64,000 nucleotides of DNA from the IMG/VR virus record IMGVR_UViG_3300042519_001676, positions 1 through 64,000 of that record. One strand, 5' to 3'. The translations under genes were made by a program, and so were the position numbers. This stretch comes from a virus. How positions within the stretch are numbered: position 1 is the first letter of the stretch; the number at the start of each line of letters is the position of its first letter. Below the pieces are notes generated by a model. The model was given only the letters and a program-made list of their open reading frames with translations. It ran no database searches and was not told the origin of the DNA. Below are positions 39,665 through 49,689 of the stretch, one piece after another.

Positions 39665-42600
39665 TTATAGTCCAGCTTGAATATCGCCAGTGTTTTTCAA
39701 GCGTAGTGGAATATAGATAAATTCAACTGCTTTTACTGGTTCAATAGCAATGTCTAACCATAGTTCTGAACGGTCTACTCTTGTAGGTGTGTTGTTTGTT
39801 TCATCACACACTACTAAGAAGTCGTACAGTGCTCGCTGTCCTACTAACTCTAGTAAGAAGCTTTCTGTTGCTTGTTTGATCTCGTTACGAGTAATTCTAT
39901 CGTTAGGTTCAAACAAGAACGGCTTAACTAATAGACTTAACTGTCTACGTAAGTATGCAACTAAACGTGCAACGTTAATTCTGTCTAATGCACTGGCGTT
40001 TCTTGCACGAGTGTATTGACCAAAGTTAACAATGCCAGCACCTGGAATTGTAGCGATTGGGTTAACTTTAACTCCTGCTAGTACATCACGTAAGCTCTGT
40101 GGCAAGCTAGTTGTTTTAAACTCGCCTTCACTAGTAATGTAACCAACACTGGTAGCATTGTCAACACCGCCGCGACGTGTGCCAGCCGGAGCAAACCACT
40201 GGAAGCTCTTAGCATCGCTGTTAACGATAGTACGTAGCATCATGTGGCTTGGTGGAACAACAATAGCATTTCCTAAGTTGTCATTTGTATAACCGCTTGG
40301 ATAGAACATAGCCATATATTCGTCATAGCTAACTGCACCTTCTTCACTGTTGTCAAATGCCAACGCTGTGTTGAAGCCCCAGTTGTTTAGTTCTGTTCCG
40401 TTAGGTTGTAATCTAAACGGTGTATCACCAACAACAAATGCTGTTAATCCGCGATCTGTGTTGAATGCAATCATATTTTGAATTGCTTCTGGATATCCAG
40501 GAGCTGCAATCAAATTAAAGATTACAGTGTCAGTGTCACGAATACTTTGGTTAGTGTCAATTAGGGCTTTGAATGCTTCTACAACAAAACCTCGTTGAGC
40601 CCAACGACCAAAGCTGCCCTGGCCGGTTGGTTGGTTAGGACTTACTGTGATCCAACGGTTAGCAACATAAGGAGTAGAGCTGTTAGATCCGTCCATTTGC
40701 TCGTCGTTGTAACGTGGGTTCTTACCGTCGTTTGCATCAATGTTGATGTGTGTTGTAACATACTTCTTAACGTTGAATCCTGAACGGCGTAGGTTCCACA
40801 AATGCATACCACGTGGGTATAATGCTGGATCTGGTGCGTCTGGGTCTAAGTAGTCACTGGCTAGTAGATCAACAATGTCTGCCATCTCTTCGCTTGTTCC
40901 TGCTGTGCTCCAACGTGCATCTGCAAACAACCATCCGTCTGGAGTTGTTTGATCTGTAGTGTCTTGTAAAATCCATTTTCCGCCTGTACGGATATAAACT
41001 ACTCTGCCATAGTTACTGACGTCAGCTGTGCTGATCCAAATGTCGTTATCAACTAATGGATCACCGTTGCTCTGTGTAGTAGGTGCTACACTGGCAACAA
41101 TTGGACCTGCAGGATCAGTTAAAGGATATACATTCTTATAACCTTTCCATGTTGTTCCGTTGTGAACCATAATATCTACTTCGTCAACAACACTGCTATA
41201 CCATAATTGACCATCAATTGGGTCTGTAAATGGTGTTTGTGCTGCTGCTTCGTATACTAAAGGCTTCCAGTTACTTGCATAGAACGTGATGTCTCTGCTG
41301 TCGTATGTAGCTTTTGCGTATAAATTCTTTGTTCCAGTTTCAATACCGGTAGTGCTGTTTCTGCTCCAACCGGAGAATCCTAACACACTAGTCAATGGTG
41401 AACCTGTACCATTCTTAAGATTGATCTGGCCGCCTATTGCGTGTTGAATTGTTAAACTTGTAGCTGCTCCGCTAGCGTTTGAACTAGCAACACTAGCAGT
41501 TACATGCGTCATATTCAGTGCGTTAATCTTGCTGATAATATCATCAACATCGTCGCCTGCTACTAAGTTAACAGTGTATGCAGTGCTATAATTAGCAACG
41601 CCAGCAGTGGATGTGTCTAAACCTTCGTAAATTACAAAGTTAGATGTTGTAGAAACTGTTCCAGTTGTAGCAACGCTGGTAATCTTTGTTGCACCGCTGG
41701 CGTTTCTTCTGTAGGCTTTGAATGCAGCAACCTGCGGACTAGATGTAGAAGTTGTTGCACTTCCTGCACCCATTGTAAAGTTCTGCTGAATATAGACTCT
41801 GCCAACTGGAATATCACCAGTAGCATCGATAGTATTAATAGCTGTTTGATGCTCATCAAAAATACTAGCAGATTGCAAGCTAAATGCACCTTGTGCTTCG
41901 CTGTACAACTTAACATACCAATCTGCACCGCTGTTAGGCACAGTTGTTTTAACATATACAGAACCTGTTGGCTTATCGCCAAAATCTGGATACTTAGTGT
42001 GAGGTGCTTGATATAGAGTTACTGCATCATAAGTAGCTGCTGGTAAACCAATAGCAGTTAACATTAATGCTAATCCAGTACCTTCTACAATTCTAATCTT
42101 TCCGTCAGATACAGAACCGTCACTCTTTGCACGAGCATCTGCATATAGCTCTAAGAACCCGCCGGCATTTACTCTAGAACCAACTCCATGCACTCTCATA
42201 GCAGTGTTAATGCTAGTTGCTAGTGCAGTTAGTGTAGTTCCGCTTAGGGTAACAGTTTGACCGTTGATGATCAATGTGTTGCCATTATAAGCAGTTAATG
42301 CAGGGTTAGATGCAGTAGATACCACAACAGGGTGGCTTGTCTGCCAGCATGTGCTAGAGAATGTTGCAGCAGAAGCAAAACCTGCTTCAAAGTTTGTACC
42401 GACTACTACCCAATTTCCGCTGCTGTTTTTGTACCATACAGTGTTGGCATTATCGCTAGTTACTACTATTGCATACTGACCGTTAGAGCCAAAACTTGCT
42501 TTTGGAGTAACGCCAGTACCGCCATCAGTTACTGTGGCATAGTTATCGTTATCAATTACTAGAGGAACTTTGTTAGTAAAGCTGTCTGTAGAAGTGTTCC

Positions 42601-43045
42601 ACTCAAAAATACCCCAACGTGTGTTAGATGTATCAAGCCAGTATGTTCCGTCTACTGGTTCGCCCACTGGCATAGAACTTGCTGCACTAATTTGACTTAG
42701 ATCTAAATCTGCACGAACAACATATGCACGTGAACTTACACCTAATACAGAATATGCTGCTTGTAAGCCGTATTCGTTTTGTTCACCACCGTGTACTGGA
42801 TTTCCGCTTGCATCTTGATAGAATTGCGGAGTTCCGAATGTATCAGTTAGATCACGTTGGCTAGTAATTAAATAAACTCGACCAGCATTTGCTGATAGTG
42901 TTCCGGGTGCCGTACCTGTACCGCTAGCATTCTGCTTGTTGGATGCGGTTGCCACAAAAATCAAAGGTACAGTCGACGGTGCTGCCGGTAAGTAAAAACT
43001 CTCGTCAATTACGCTAACTTGTACGCCTGGTGAATTTAAAGCCAT
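39665..43045 (-). CDS. 18: tail sheath protein (gp18)
   Basis: SPGVQVSVIDES start, WFAPAGTRRG, RINVARL, FEPND, PVKAVEFIYI. Confidence 0.95.
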   Translation of the reverse strand: MALNSPGVQVSVIDESFYLPAAPSTVPLIFVATASNKQNASGTGTAPGTLSANAGRVYLITSQRDLTDTFGTPQFYQDASGNPVHGGEQNEYGLQAAYSVLGVSSRAYVVRADLDLSQISAASSMPVGEPVDGTYWLDTSNTRWGIFEWNTSTDSFTNKVPLVIDNDNYATVTDGGTGVTPKASFGSNGQYAIVVTSDNANTVWYKNSSGNWVVVGTNFEAGFASAATFSSTCWQTSHPVVVSTASNPALTAYNGNTLIINGQTVTLSGTTLTALATSINTAMRVHGVGSRVNAGGFLELYADARAKSDGSVSDGKIRIVEGTGLALMLTAIGLPAATYDAVTLYQAPHTKYPDFGDKPTGSVYVKTTVPNSGADWYVKLYSEAQGAFSLQSASIFDEHQTAINTIDATGDIPVGRVYIQQNFTMGAGSATTSTSSPQVAAFKAYRRNASGATKITSVATTGTVSTTSNFVIYEGLDTSTAGVANYSTAYTVNLVAGDDVDDIISKINALNMTHVTASVASSNASGAATSLTIQHAIGGQINLKNGTGSPLTSVLGFSGWSRNSTTGIETGTKNLYAKATYDSRDITFYASNWKPLVYEAAAQTPFTDPIDGQLWYSSVVDEVDIMVHNGTTWKGYKNVYPLTDPAGPIVASVAPTTQSNGDPLVDNDIWISTADVSNYGRVVYIRTGGKWILQDTTDQTTPDGWLFADARWSTAGTSEEMADIVDLLASDYLDPDAPDPALYPRGMHLWNLRRSGFNVKKYVTTHINIDANDGKNPRYNDEQMDGSNSSTPYVANRWITVSPNQPTGQGSFGRWAQRGFVVEAFKALIDTNQSIRDTDTVIFNLIAAPGYPEAIQNMIAFNTDRGLTAFVVGDTPFRLQPNGTELNNWGFNTALAFDNSEEGAVSYDEYMAMFYPSGYTNDNLGNAIVVPPSHMMLRTIVNSDAKSFQWFAPAGTRRGGVDNATSVGYITSEGEFKTTSLPQSLRDVLAGVKVNPIATIPGAGIVNFGQYTRARNASALDRINVARLVAYLRRQLSLLVKPFLFEPNDRITRNEIKQATESFLLELVGQRALYDFLVVCDETNNTPTRVDRSELWLDIAIEPVKAVEFIYIPLRLKNTGDIQAGL

Positions 43046-43147
43046 TTGTTATCTCCCATATAATGGTTTTCTTTTGTATATTTAGTACCAATGGCTAAAA
43101 ACTACCGGGTTAAATACTGAACAAAAGGGAACTAAAAGGGCGGTCGT

Positions 43148-43483
43148 ATGCGTGATCTATGTAAAAAATGTCAAAGAAGGCCTGTTGCTATCAATTATCT
43201 TAAAGAAGGCAGGATATACTATAGGTCAATGTGCGATCATTGTTCTAAGAGTTACAAGACAGCTCGCCCTACCTGGTCAAGTAGTGGGTACAAAAAGAAA
43301 GCCGCATGTGATAGATGCGGCTTTAAAGGTGAAGACTCGGAGCAGTTCGATGTGTATCACATAGACGGTGACATCAGTAATTGCAAGTATTCAAATTTAA
43401 AAACAGTCTGTGCTAACTGTCAACGAATATTACACAAGCTCAAACAACCTTGGAGGCGTGGGGATCTAACACCAGATTTTTAA
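43148..43483 (+). CDS. HNH-endonuclease-like zinc-binding protein
   Basis: Four CxxC pairs, HIDGDISN..SNLKTVCANC. Confidence 0.75.
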   Translation: MRDLCKKCQRRPVAINYLKEGRIYYRSMCDHCSKSYKTARPTWSSSGYKKKAACDRCGFKGEDSEQFDVYHIDGDISNCKYSNLKTVCANCQRILHKLKQPWRRGDLTPDF

Positions 43484-44096
43484 TCTGTTCGAATAGTGCA
43501 TCGATGGTAGTATCATTGTAGACTGTGTGGTCAATATCTCTACCAACCCAAGCAGTTTCACTAGCGTGTATCTTAAGTTTGTCTAAATGACTCTTGCTTA
43601 GACTCCAAGTAGAGTTACCATCGGGGCCTCTATTGTAGCTAACTGCGGCGTCATACCATTCAGGATCATCTCCCCGCTTAATACGAACCACAATACCTCC
43701 AGCATTGTGAATAGCTTTAATTTCGTTAGGAAAACGTACATCTGAGATAACAATATTATCACCAGTTTTTCGCATTTTATTTTCTAATGAAGCAATCCAG
43801 ATATCGTCGTGGAAGCCAGTGCGGCAAACTTCTGTACCCCATAACTGTAGCATAAGTCTAGGAGTAAGATTAGGCATTTTTAAGCGTTCTGCCCACCAAG
43901 TATCTACTTGTTCACGCCATTCGCGGGCTTCTTTTGTGCGGCCTTCTAACAGAGTGCGATCCCATCCAAATACGCAGGCCACTGCATCTTTAAGAGTATT
44001 TGCAAATGAGTCTCGTCGATAACCGTGAAAATTTACCAAATAATCTGCGGCAGTGTCTTTGCCTGAGCCAATAAAACCAACGAAACCTACTATCAT
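43440..44096 (-). CDS. 1: deoxynucleoside monophosphate kinase (gp1)
   Basis: GFIGSGKDT, TPRLMLQLWGTE, ISDVRFPNE, HASE. Confidence 0.92.
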   Translation of the reverse strand: MIVGFVGFIGSGKDTAADYLVNFHGYRRDSFANTLKDAVACVFGWDRTLLEGRTKEAREWREQVDTWWAERLKMPNLTPRLMLQLWGTEVCRTGFHDDIWIASLENKMRKTGDNIVISDVRFPNEIKAIHNAGGIVVRIKRGDDPEWYDAAVSYNRGPDGNSTWSLSKSHLDKLKIHASETAWVGRDIDHTVYNDTTIDALFEQIKNLVLDPHASKVV

Positions 44097-44124
44097 AGTA
44101 TCTCCTGCGATACTATAATTTACA

Positions 44125-44883
44125 TTATCCTATGACAAATGTCAACGGTGTTTGGTTATCTTTGTAGTTGATTAGATCCATTTCTAAGGCTTCCATTTCG
44201 GCTTTGCCTTCTGATTTTAATGCAGTACCGTTTAGGTTGGTGCCGCCTTGCGGACTTGCAATAGTTGCAAACTTTTCACGTGCTTCACCTAGCATGACTT
44301 TACAGTTTGCCAGTGCATAGTCCTTGATCCATATGCCAGAGTAAGGGTCTTGAATGATGGTAAAATCAGGCTTCTGATTATACATCCACAATAGAACGTT
44401 TTCTTCTCCGCGAGGGCGTTGAGTAATTCTCAAACGCTTTGCAGTAGGATTCCAATCAAAGTTAATGTAGCTACCAAACATTTTACCAACTTCTTTCTGG
44501 TAGCTAGCAAACATATAATAGGTAGCAATCCCACCCATCTGTGTGCTGGCCATTAGATAAGTGTTAGTATAGGCCAAGTTAAACGGTTCAAATAGCGTAC
44601 CGCCATCGCCACCGCCTGTTCTACTGCCTACGCTTCTACGAAATACTTGACGAACTTGCATAACTTCTGGTGCAAGTATGTAATCATTAACATCTGTTTG
44701 CAAGGTTAAGAAGCCAAAACTTTCTTCAACAGCATTGCTGCTACGTTGACGATATTTTGCTAGGGCACGATCAATAGCAGTATTGTAGTGTTTAGGGTCT
44801 AATTCAACATCGACCATCCCGTCACCTAGCATGGTACGGATATATTCAACTACGTTTTGTCTTTGGGTGTCAAGTTCGTTCAT
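44125..44883 (-). CDS. 13: neck protein (gp13-like)
   Basis: LG..MVDVEL, WIKDYALA..K..LG..REKF, GGTNLNG; start 44883. Confidence 0.85.
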   Translation of the reverse strand: MNELDTQRQNVVEYIRTMLGDGMVDVELDPKHYNTAIDRALAKYRQRSSNAVEESFGFLTLQTDVNDYILAPEVMQVRQVFRRSVGSRTGGGDGGTLFEPFNLAYTNTYLMASTQMGGIATYYMFASYQKEVGKMFGSYINFDWNPTAKRLRITQRPRGEENVLLWMYNQKPDFTIIQDPYSGIWIKDYALANCKVMLGEAREKFATIASPQGGTNLNGTALKSEGKAEMEALEMDLINYKDNQTPLTFVIG

Positions 44884-44888
44884 ACCAA

Positions 44889-44904
44889 TATTTAGCAATA
44901 AATA
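44889..44904. promoter_or_regulatory. divergent late promoters for gp13 and gp14
   Basis: TATTTA-GCAA-TAAATA (44889-44894 and 44899-44904), 5 and 7 nt from the ATGs. Confidence 0.7.
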
Positions 44905-44911
44905 TATGACT

Positions 44912-46117
44912 ATGCCAAGACTATCACTTTACCGCCCTGAAAAAGGCAATGATTTCCGTATGATTGACCGTGTCATTTATGAACAGTTTCAAGTCGGCGG
45001 TACTGATATCATTATTCACAAATACCTAGGTCCTGCTGACCCTTTAGAGGGCGAGGCAACTCCTACCACTCCTGTAAACACTAACCCTATTCCTGAACTA
45101 GGAATACAAGATGTGTTGTTTATGGAAAATAGAGACAGAAAATATGAACCCGATGTGTATGTTTCTCGAGGAATCTACACAATGCAGGATATTGATTTTA
45201 ATCTTCAGCAGTTTGGTTTCTTCTTATCTAACGATAACATTATGATTACTTTCCACCTACGTGGTATTGTAGAACTGTTAGGTAGAAAATTAATGGCAGG
45301 AGATGTGTTAGAACTGCCGCACTTAAAAGACGAATATGCACTAGGCGACGATATGGTTGCACTAAAACGATTTTATGTAGTGTCGGATGTTGCTCGTCCT
45401 GCATCAGGTTATAGCCAAACATGGTATCCACATTTGCTCCGTGCAAAATGTGAGCCACTAGTTGACAGTCAAGAATACAAACAGATATTGGATCAAGACA
45501 GCGGTGATGGACAGAACAGCCTTCGAGACATCCTTTCAACATACAATCAAAACATTGCCATTAACAATCAAATTATTGCACAGGCAGAATCAGATGCTGG
45601 GTTAAGTGGATACGACACTGATCAATATTATATTTTGCCTTTACAAGAAGATGGCAAATTAGATATTCGAGACACTACTGATACAGATGTTGATGCTAGC
45701 TATGACGGTAATGCAGCAGATGCAAGTTCTGTATTTGTAACTCCTGAAAAAGACGTTTACATTAGCTATCTTCAAGGAGACGGCAAACCACCAAATGGAG
45801 CACCTTACAGTTTCGGCATTGAATACCCAGCTAACCCCGGTATAGGTGCATATCATTTACGCACAGATTACATGCCAAATAGATTGTTTAGATTTAGCGG
45901 CAACGGTTGGGTTTATGTAGAAAGCAATGTTAGAATGACTATGACTAACAAGCCAGTTGACGGAATTCCTGCACCAGATGCATTAACTAGACATACTCAA
46001 CTTGGCAGTTTTATTAACAATAACAACACTGCAACTATTGCAGGCCGAGTTATTGAAGAGAGACAGAGTCTAAGTAAGGCTTTAAAGAAACGACAGGGGC
46101 CTGAAGCAGATTTATGA
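44912..46117 (+). CDS. 14: neck protein (gp14-like)
   Basis: LFMENRDRKY, LQQFGFF, GDVLELP; lies between gp13 and gp15; start 44912 (or 44906). Confidence 0.75.
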   Translation: MPRLSLYRPEKGNDFRMIDRVIYEQFQVGGTDIIIHKYLGPADPLEGEATPTTPVNTNPIPELGIQDVLFMENRDRKYEPDVYVSRGIYTMQDIDFNLQQFGFFLSNDNIMITFHLRGIVELLGRKLMAGDVLELPHLKDEYALGDDMVALKRFYVVSDVARPASGYSQTWYPHLLRAKCEPLVDSQEYKQILDQDSGDGQNSLRDILSTYNQNIAINNQIIAQAESDAGLSGYDTDQYYILPLQEDGKLDIRDTTDTDVDASYDGNAADASSVFVTPEKDVYISYLQGDGKPPNGAPYSFGIEYPANPGIGAYHLRTDYMPNRLFRFSGNGWVYVESNVRMTMTNKPVDGIPAPDALTRHTQLGSFINNNNTATIAGRVIEERQSLSKALKKRQGPEADL

Positions 46118-46128
46118 TAGAGGTATAT

Positions 46129-46275
46129 ATGGACGATTATCAAAATTACAAAAGATTTACATCTAAATGCAAATGCGGATGTCCTGCACACTGTGATCAT
46201 AGTTGTACTGAGTGCGAATACTGTCCGGACTGCGAATGCCCTGAATGCAAAGAGCTTGACAAATCTAGAGGATAA
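46129..46275 (+). CDS. 48-aa metallothionein-like Cys-rich protein (not in ORF track)
   Basis: MDDYQNYKRFTSKCKCGCPAHCDHSCTECEYCPDCECPECKELDKSRG*, 10 Cys + 2 His, GAGG RBS, fills the gp14-gp15 gap. Confidence 0.75.
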   Translation: MDDYQNYKRFTSKCKCGCPAHCDHSCTECEYCPDCECPECKELDKSRG

Positions 46276-46280
46276 AATTA

Positions 46281-47711
46281 ATGGAACATTTTTACGACGG
46301 CCAAATACGCCGTTACTTGACACAATTTATGCGACTAATGAGTAATTTTACTTACAAAGATGGTCGTGGAAATGTGATTCAAATACCAGTTAGATATGGA
46401 GATATGTCTAGGCAAGTAGCCAGCACATTGAAAAAGAACAGTGAGAACGTGCTTAACTCTGCACCTTTCATTGCCTGCTATATTAAAAGTCTAGACATAG
46501 CCCGCGATAGGTTACAAGATCCTAGCTTTGTGGGCAAAATGCACATTAGAGAAAGGCAGTTTGGTTACGTTGATGAAAACCCAGATAGCCCTACATTTGG
46601 ACAAACTATTCAAGACTACGCAAATGTGCAAGGTGAAAATTATACAGTTGAACGATTAATGCCAACACCGTTTAATTTACAATTTGTTGCAGACGTGTGG
46701 AGTACCAACACTGAACAGAAACTACAAATTCTAGAACAAATTTTAGTATTGTTTCGTCCTGCAATGGAAATACAGACTACTAGTAACTATATTGATTGGA
46801 CCAGTCTCAGCTATGTAGAGCTTACCGGAATGAATTGGTCTAGCAGAACTATTCCGCAAGGTACTGAAAACGACATTGACATTGCCACCATGAATTTCTT
46901 AACTCCTATATGGTTAAGTCCTCCTGCTAAAGTTAAAAAGTTAGGTATCATTACTAAAATTATTGCTAACATTTTTGCAGAGGAACAAGGTACAAGTGCA
47001 ATGGGTCCTGAATTTAGTTTCTCTAATCCAGTATCTAGAGTCACGGTAACTCCGGGCAACTTTTCGATCTTGTTAACAAATAACACAGCTAAACTAATGG
47101 CAGCATCTGAAAACTTGTTAGTAAATGACTTAGAACAGATTCCAATTAAAGCTGGCACTAAAATTAACTGGAAGGCATTATTAGATCTATATCCTGGCAA
47201 GTTTAGAACAGGACTGAGCCACATCGAACTTACAAAACTTGATGGTGGGAAAATTGTAGGCTACCTAAGTATTAATCCATTTGACGAAGCAGACATGGAT
47301 GTTTTAAACATTCAGTTTGACGGAGAAACTTTGCTGAACACTGCAATTTCTGATCTTACAAATACTGTAAGTAGGGGCACAGTCAATGCTATTGTAAATC
47401 CAAAAACATTTAATCCAGGTACACCTAGTGTTGATGCACGTTATTTGATACTAGAAGATATTGTTACAACAGAAGAGGATGGACCTAATGCATGGGCCAA
47501 CAGTAATAGCACCAACTTTACTGCATCTGCAAATGATATTATTCAATGGGACGGAGTGCAGTGGAATATAATTCTCAGTTCTGCAGATACAACTGAAACA
47601 ACATATATAACTAATTCATATACAGGAATACAATACAAGTGGGATGGCACCCAGTGGTCTAAGAGTGTAGACGGTATGTATTATCCTAGTGAATGGCGTT
47701 TAGTTTTATGA
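46281..47711 (+). CDS. 15: tail terminator / sheath stabiliser (gp15-like) with C-terminal extension
   Basis: HFYDGQIRRY, IPVRYG, PTPFNL, QILEQILVLFRP. Confidence 0.85.
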   Translation: MEHFYDGQIRRYLTQFMRLMSNFTYKDGRGNVIQIPVRYGDMSRQVASTLKKNSENVLNSAPFIACYIKSLDIARDRLQDPSFVGKMHIRERQFGYVDENPDSPTFGQTIQDYANVQGENYTVERLMPTPFNLQFVADVWSTNTEQKLQILEQILVLFRPAMEIQTTSNYIDWTSLSYVELTGMNWSSRTIPQGTENDIDIATMNFLTPIWLSPPAKVKKLGIITKIIANIFAEEQGTSAMGPEFSFSNPVSRVTVTPGNFSILLTNNTAKLMAASENLLVNDLEQIPIKAGTKINWKALLDLYPGKFRTGLSHIELTKLDGGKIVGYLSINPFDEADMDVLNIQFDGETLLNTAISDLTNTVSRGTVNAIVNPKTFNPGTPSVDARYLILEDIVTTEEDGPNAWANSNSTNFTASANDIIQWDGVQWNIILSSADTTETTYITNSYTGIQYKWDGTQWSKSVDGMYYPSEWRLVL

Positions 47712-48142
47712 TACGTGAAGACATTGTATGCAGTGGAGGTTTATTCTTTGCTAAAGATACAAAAAGATTTTTATTTTTGTTAAGAAATCAAGGCAAAACT
47801 GCGGGCACATGGGGCATTGTTGGCGGCAAGAAAGAGCCTGCTGATGCTACTCCGTATGCCGCATTAGAAAGAGAAATCACAGAAGAAGTTGGATCTCTGC
47901 CTAAAATAAAGAAAGTAATTCCGCTAGAGCTGTTTACTAGTGAAGATCAACGATTTTATTTTAACACATACATGTTAATTGTTGACAAAGAGTTTATTCC
48001 TGTGCTTAATGACGAACACGTGGGATACGCATGGTGCAGTTTAAATCAGTGGCCAAAGCCTCTGCATCAAGGTGTTAAGAGAAGCCTATCTAATCGAACT
48101 AACAAAACTAAAATAGAATTGCTAATTGAAATAGTCAGCTGA
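47708..48142 (+). CDS. NUDIX hydrolase
   Basis: GGKKEPADATPYAALEREITEEVG Nudix box; ATGA overlap. Confidence 0.9.
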   Translation: MIREDIVCSGGLFFAKDTKRFLFLLRNQGKTAGTWGIVGGKKEPADATPYAALEREITEEVGSLPKIKKVIPLELFTSEDQRFYFNTYMLIVDKEFIPVLNDEHVGYAWCSLNQWPKPLHQGVKRSLSNRTNKTKIELLIEIVS

Positions 48143-48466
48143 TTACCAAGGCTTGTTTAGAGTAACAACAGCAGGTGCCTTTTGTTGCTCAATTTGATTT
48201 TCTAAATTTAGTTTATAATCTGCAAGGACTTCTTCACCCATTGCAGTTTCAACCCAGGCCTGCACAGCATCTTGAGTCAATAGATTAAATGGCTTATATG
48301 TTTCTGGATCAGGTTCCGAAAGGCCAACTGAACCAAAAATTTGAGATCCGTGCCCTTCACCGTCTGTTGCAGATAAGATAAACTCTACATTATACACGAC
48401 ATTTGTCAAGCCGTTTAATGTAGGGTGTGCAGCAAATCTAGGAAATTCCCAAGTATATGTAATCAT
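48143..48466 (-). CDS. fibre-associated TYTW family protein (paralogue 3)
   Basis: Start 48466, 5 nt after TAAATA; TYTW...NVV...LTQ..V..WV...PW. Confidence 0.8.
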   Translation of the reverse strand: MITYTWEFPRFAAHPTLNGLTNVVYNVEFILSATDGEGHGSQIFGSVGLSEPDPETYKPFNLLTQDAVQAWVETAMGEEVLADYKLNLENQIEQQKAPAVVTLNKPW

Positions 48467-48474
48467 AATAATAT

Positions 48475-49038
48475 TTATCTCCAATGCGGTCCTTCGTACC
48501 ATCCTGCTAAACTATGTCGTACACCGCTAATTAACGGTGTAACTTCATGAAAAATGATACTAGGAAATACACAAACTGTTCCTCTAGCACGAAGATTTTC
48601 CGAGTTAGGATAATGCCCAACATCTAAAAACTTTAAATCACCGCCTTCGTATGCGTCAGGATCACTAAGTTGTACAGTTACACTCAGCTTTCTTTGCGTA
48701 GGTAACGGTGCTAAAAATACATCCTGATGCCGTTTGTAAAAACTCTGTTCTTCACCAGTGTAGGTAGCAAACTGTATTGCAGGTAAAAATTTATAATCTA
48801 CCTGAAACCATTCTTTATTAATTTGATCAACTACCTTGTCTAATTCATTAAACAAGTATGACCATGTGGAGTTTCTTACTATACCGCGAATTGAGCTTCT
48901 ACGCCATTCGTTGTTAACCCTATCACTAGAAGGCCCTAATTTTGCTTCTTGTTCTGGCAAAATTAGGGCCTCTTGAATTATTCTATCACATTGTTCGGGC
49001 GTAAAATAACTTTTAATATAAGCCCACTCACCTATCAT
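48475..49038 (-). CDS. 2OG-Fe(II) oxygenase (prolyl-4-hydroxylase/PKHD-like)
   Basis: HQD, RKLSVTVQLSDP..YEGG, HEVTP...R.SL. Confidence 0.9.
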   Translation of the reverse strand: MIGEWAYIKSYFTPEQCDRIIQEALILPEQEAKLGPSSDRVNNEWRRSSIRGIVRNSTWSYLFNELDKVVDQINKEWFQVDYKFLPAIQFATYTGEEQSFYKRHQDVFLAPLPTQRKLSVTVQLSDPDAYEGGDLKFLDVGHYPNSENLRARGTVCVFPSIIFHEVTPLISGVRHSLAGWYEGPHWR

Positions 49039-49418
49039 GTATTATTTGGGTCAGGAGTTGCTGTTCGTTTTGCAATAGTGCTAGCCATTGCTTCGGCTAC
49101 TGTAGTGGCTGTTGTGGTATCTGTTCCTGAAAAAGTAATAGTAGTAACATTAGGCAGTAAGTCTCTTTCAATTACAGAAACTGCTACAGTATTTTTAACC
49201 CAGCCAATAATATCTTGTTTAGTTACGTTGTCAATTGACACAAATACTTCAGAATTCACATTAGGGTTAAGTTCTACAATTCCTACCTGATACTTAGAAT
49301 TTCCTTCACCGTCGTCTGCTGTGCATTTCCATGTGACACGAAATACTACGTTTTCATTTCCGTTGTGAGAACTTATTAAATCTACGTTCTCAATATCCCA
49401 GGTATAAGTTGTTGCCAT
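49035..49418 (-). CDS. fibre-associated TYTW family protein (paralogue 2)
   Basis: TYTW...NVV..V.W...F.....VTK..II.WV; GGAG RBS. Confidence 0.8.
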   Translation of the reverse strand: MATTYTWDIENVDLISSHNGNENVVFRVTWKCTADDGEGNSKYQVGIVELNPNVNSEVFVSIDNVTKQDIIGWVKNTVAVSVIERDLLPNVTTITFSGTDTTTATTVAEAMASTIAKRTATPDPNNT

Positions 49419-49446
49419 TGTTTTCTCCGCTGTACTAAACTAGTAT

Positions 49447-49629
49447 TTATTCTTTACCAGGTCCCATTGCACCTTGGCCGCCTGCGGCCTGTTGTTCTTG
49501 AAGTTGCGGTGCGACTTGCTGACGGATTGAGTCAACAACAGCAAAGCATTGTTCGTAAGGTAGTTTGCCTAAACCCGCCATGATGGTGTTTAGTTCGTTC
49601 ATATCTAAAGTTAAATTAATCTTGTTCAT
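49447..49629 (-). CDS. small helical protein, fibre-associated
   Basis: LNTIMAGLGKLPYE motif; GGAG RBS. Confidence 0.75.
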   Translation of the reverse strand: MNKINLTLDMNELNTIMAGLGKLPYEQCFAVVDSIRQQVAPQLQEQQAAGGQGAMGPGKE

Positions 49630-49689
49630 AAAAGCTCCGTTAAGGTATATTATTTATATACCAATATAATCTATTGGTATTTTCTGAGT

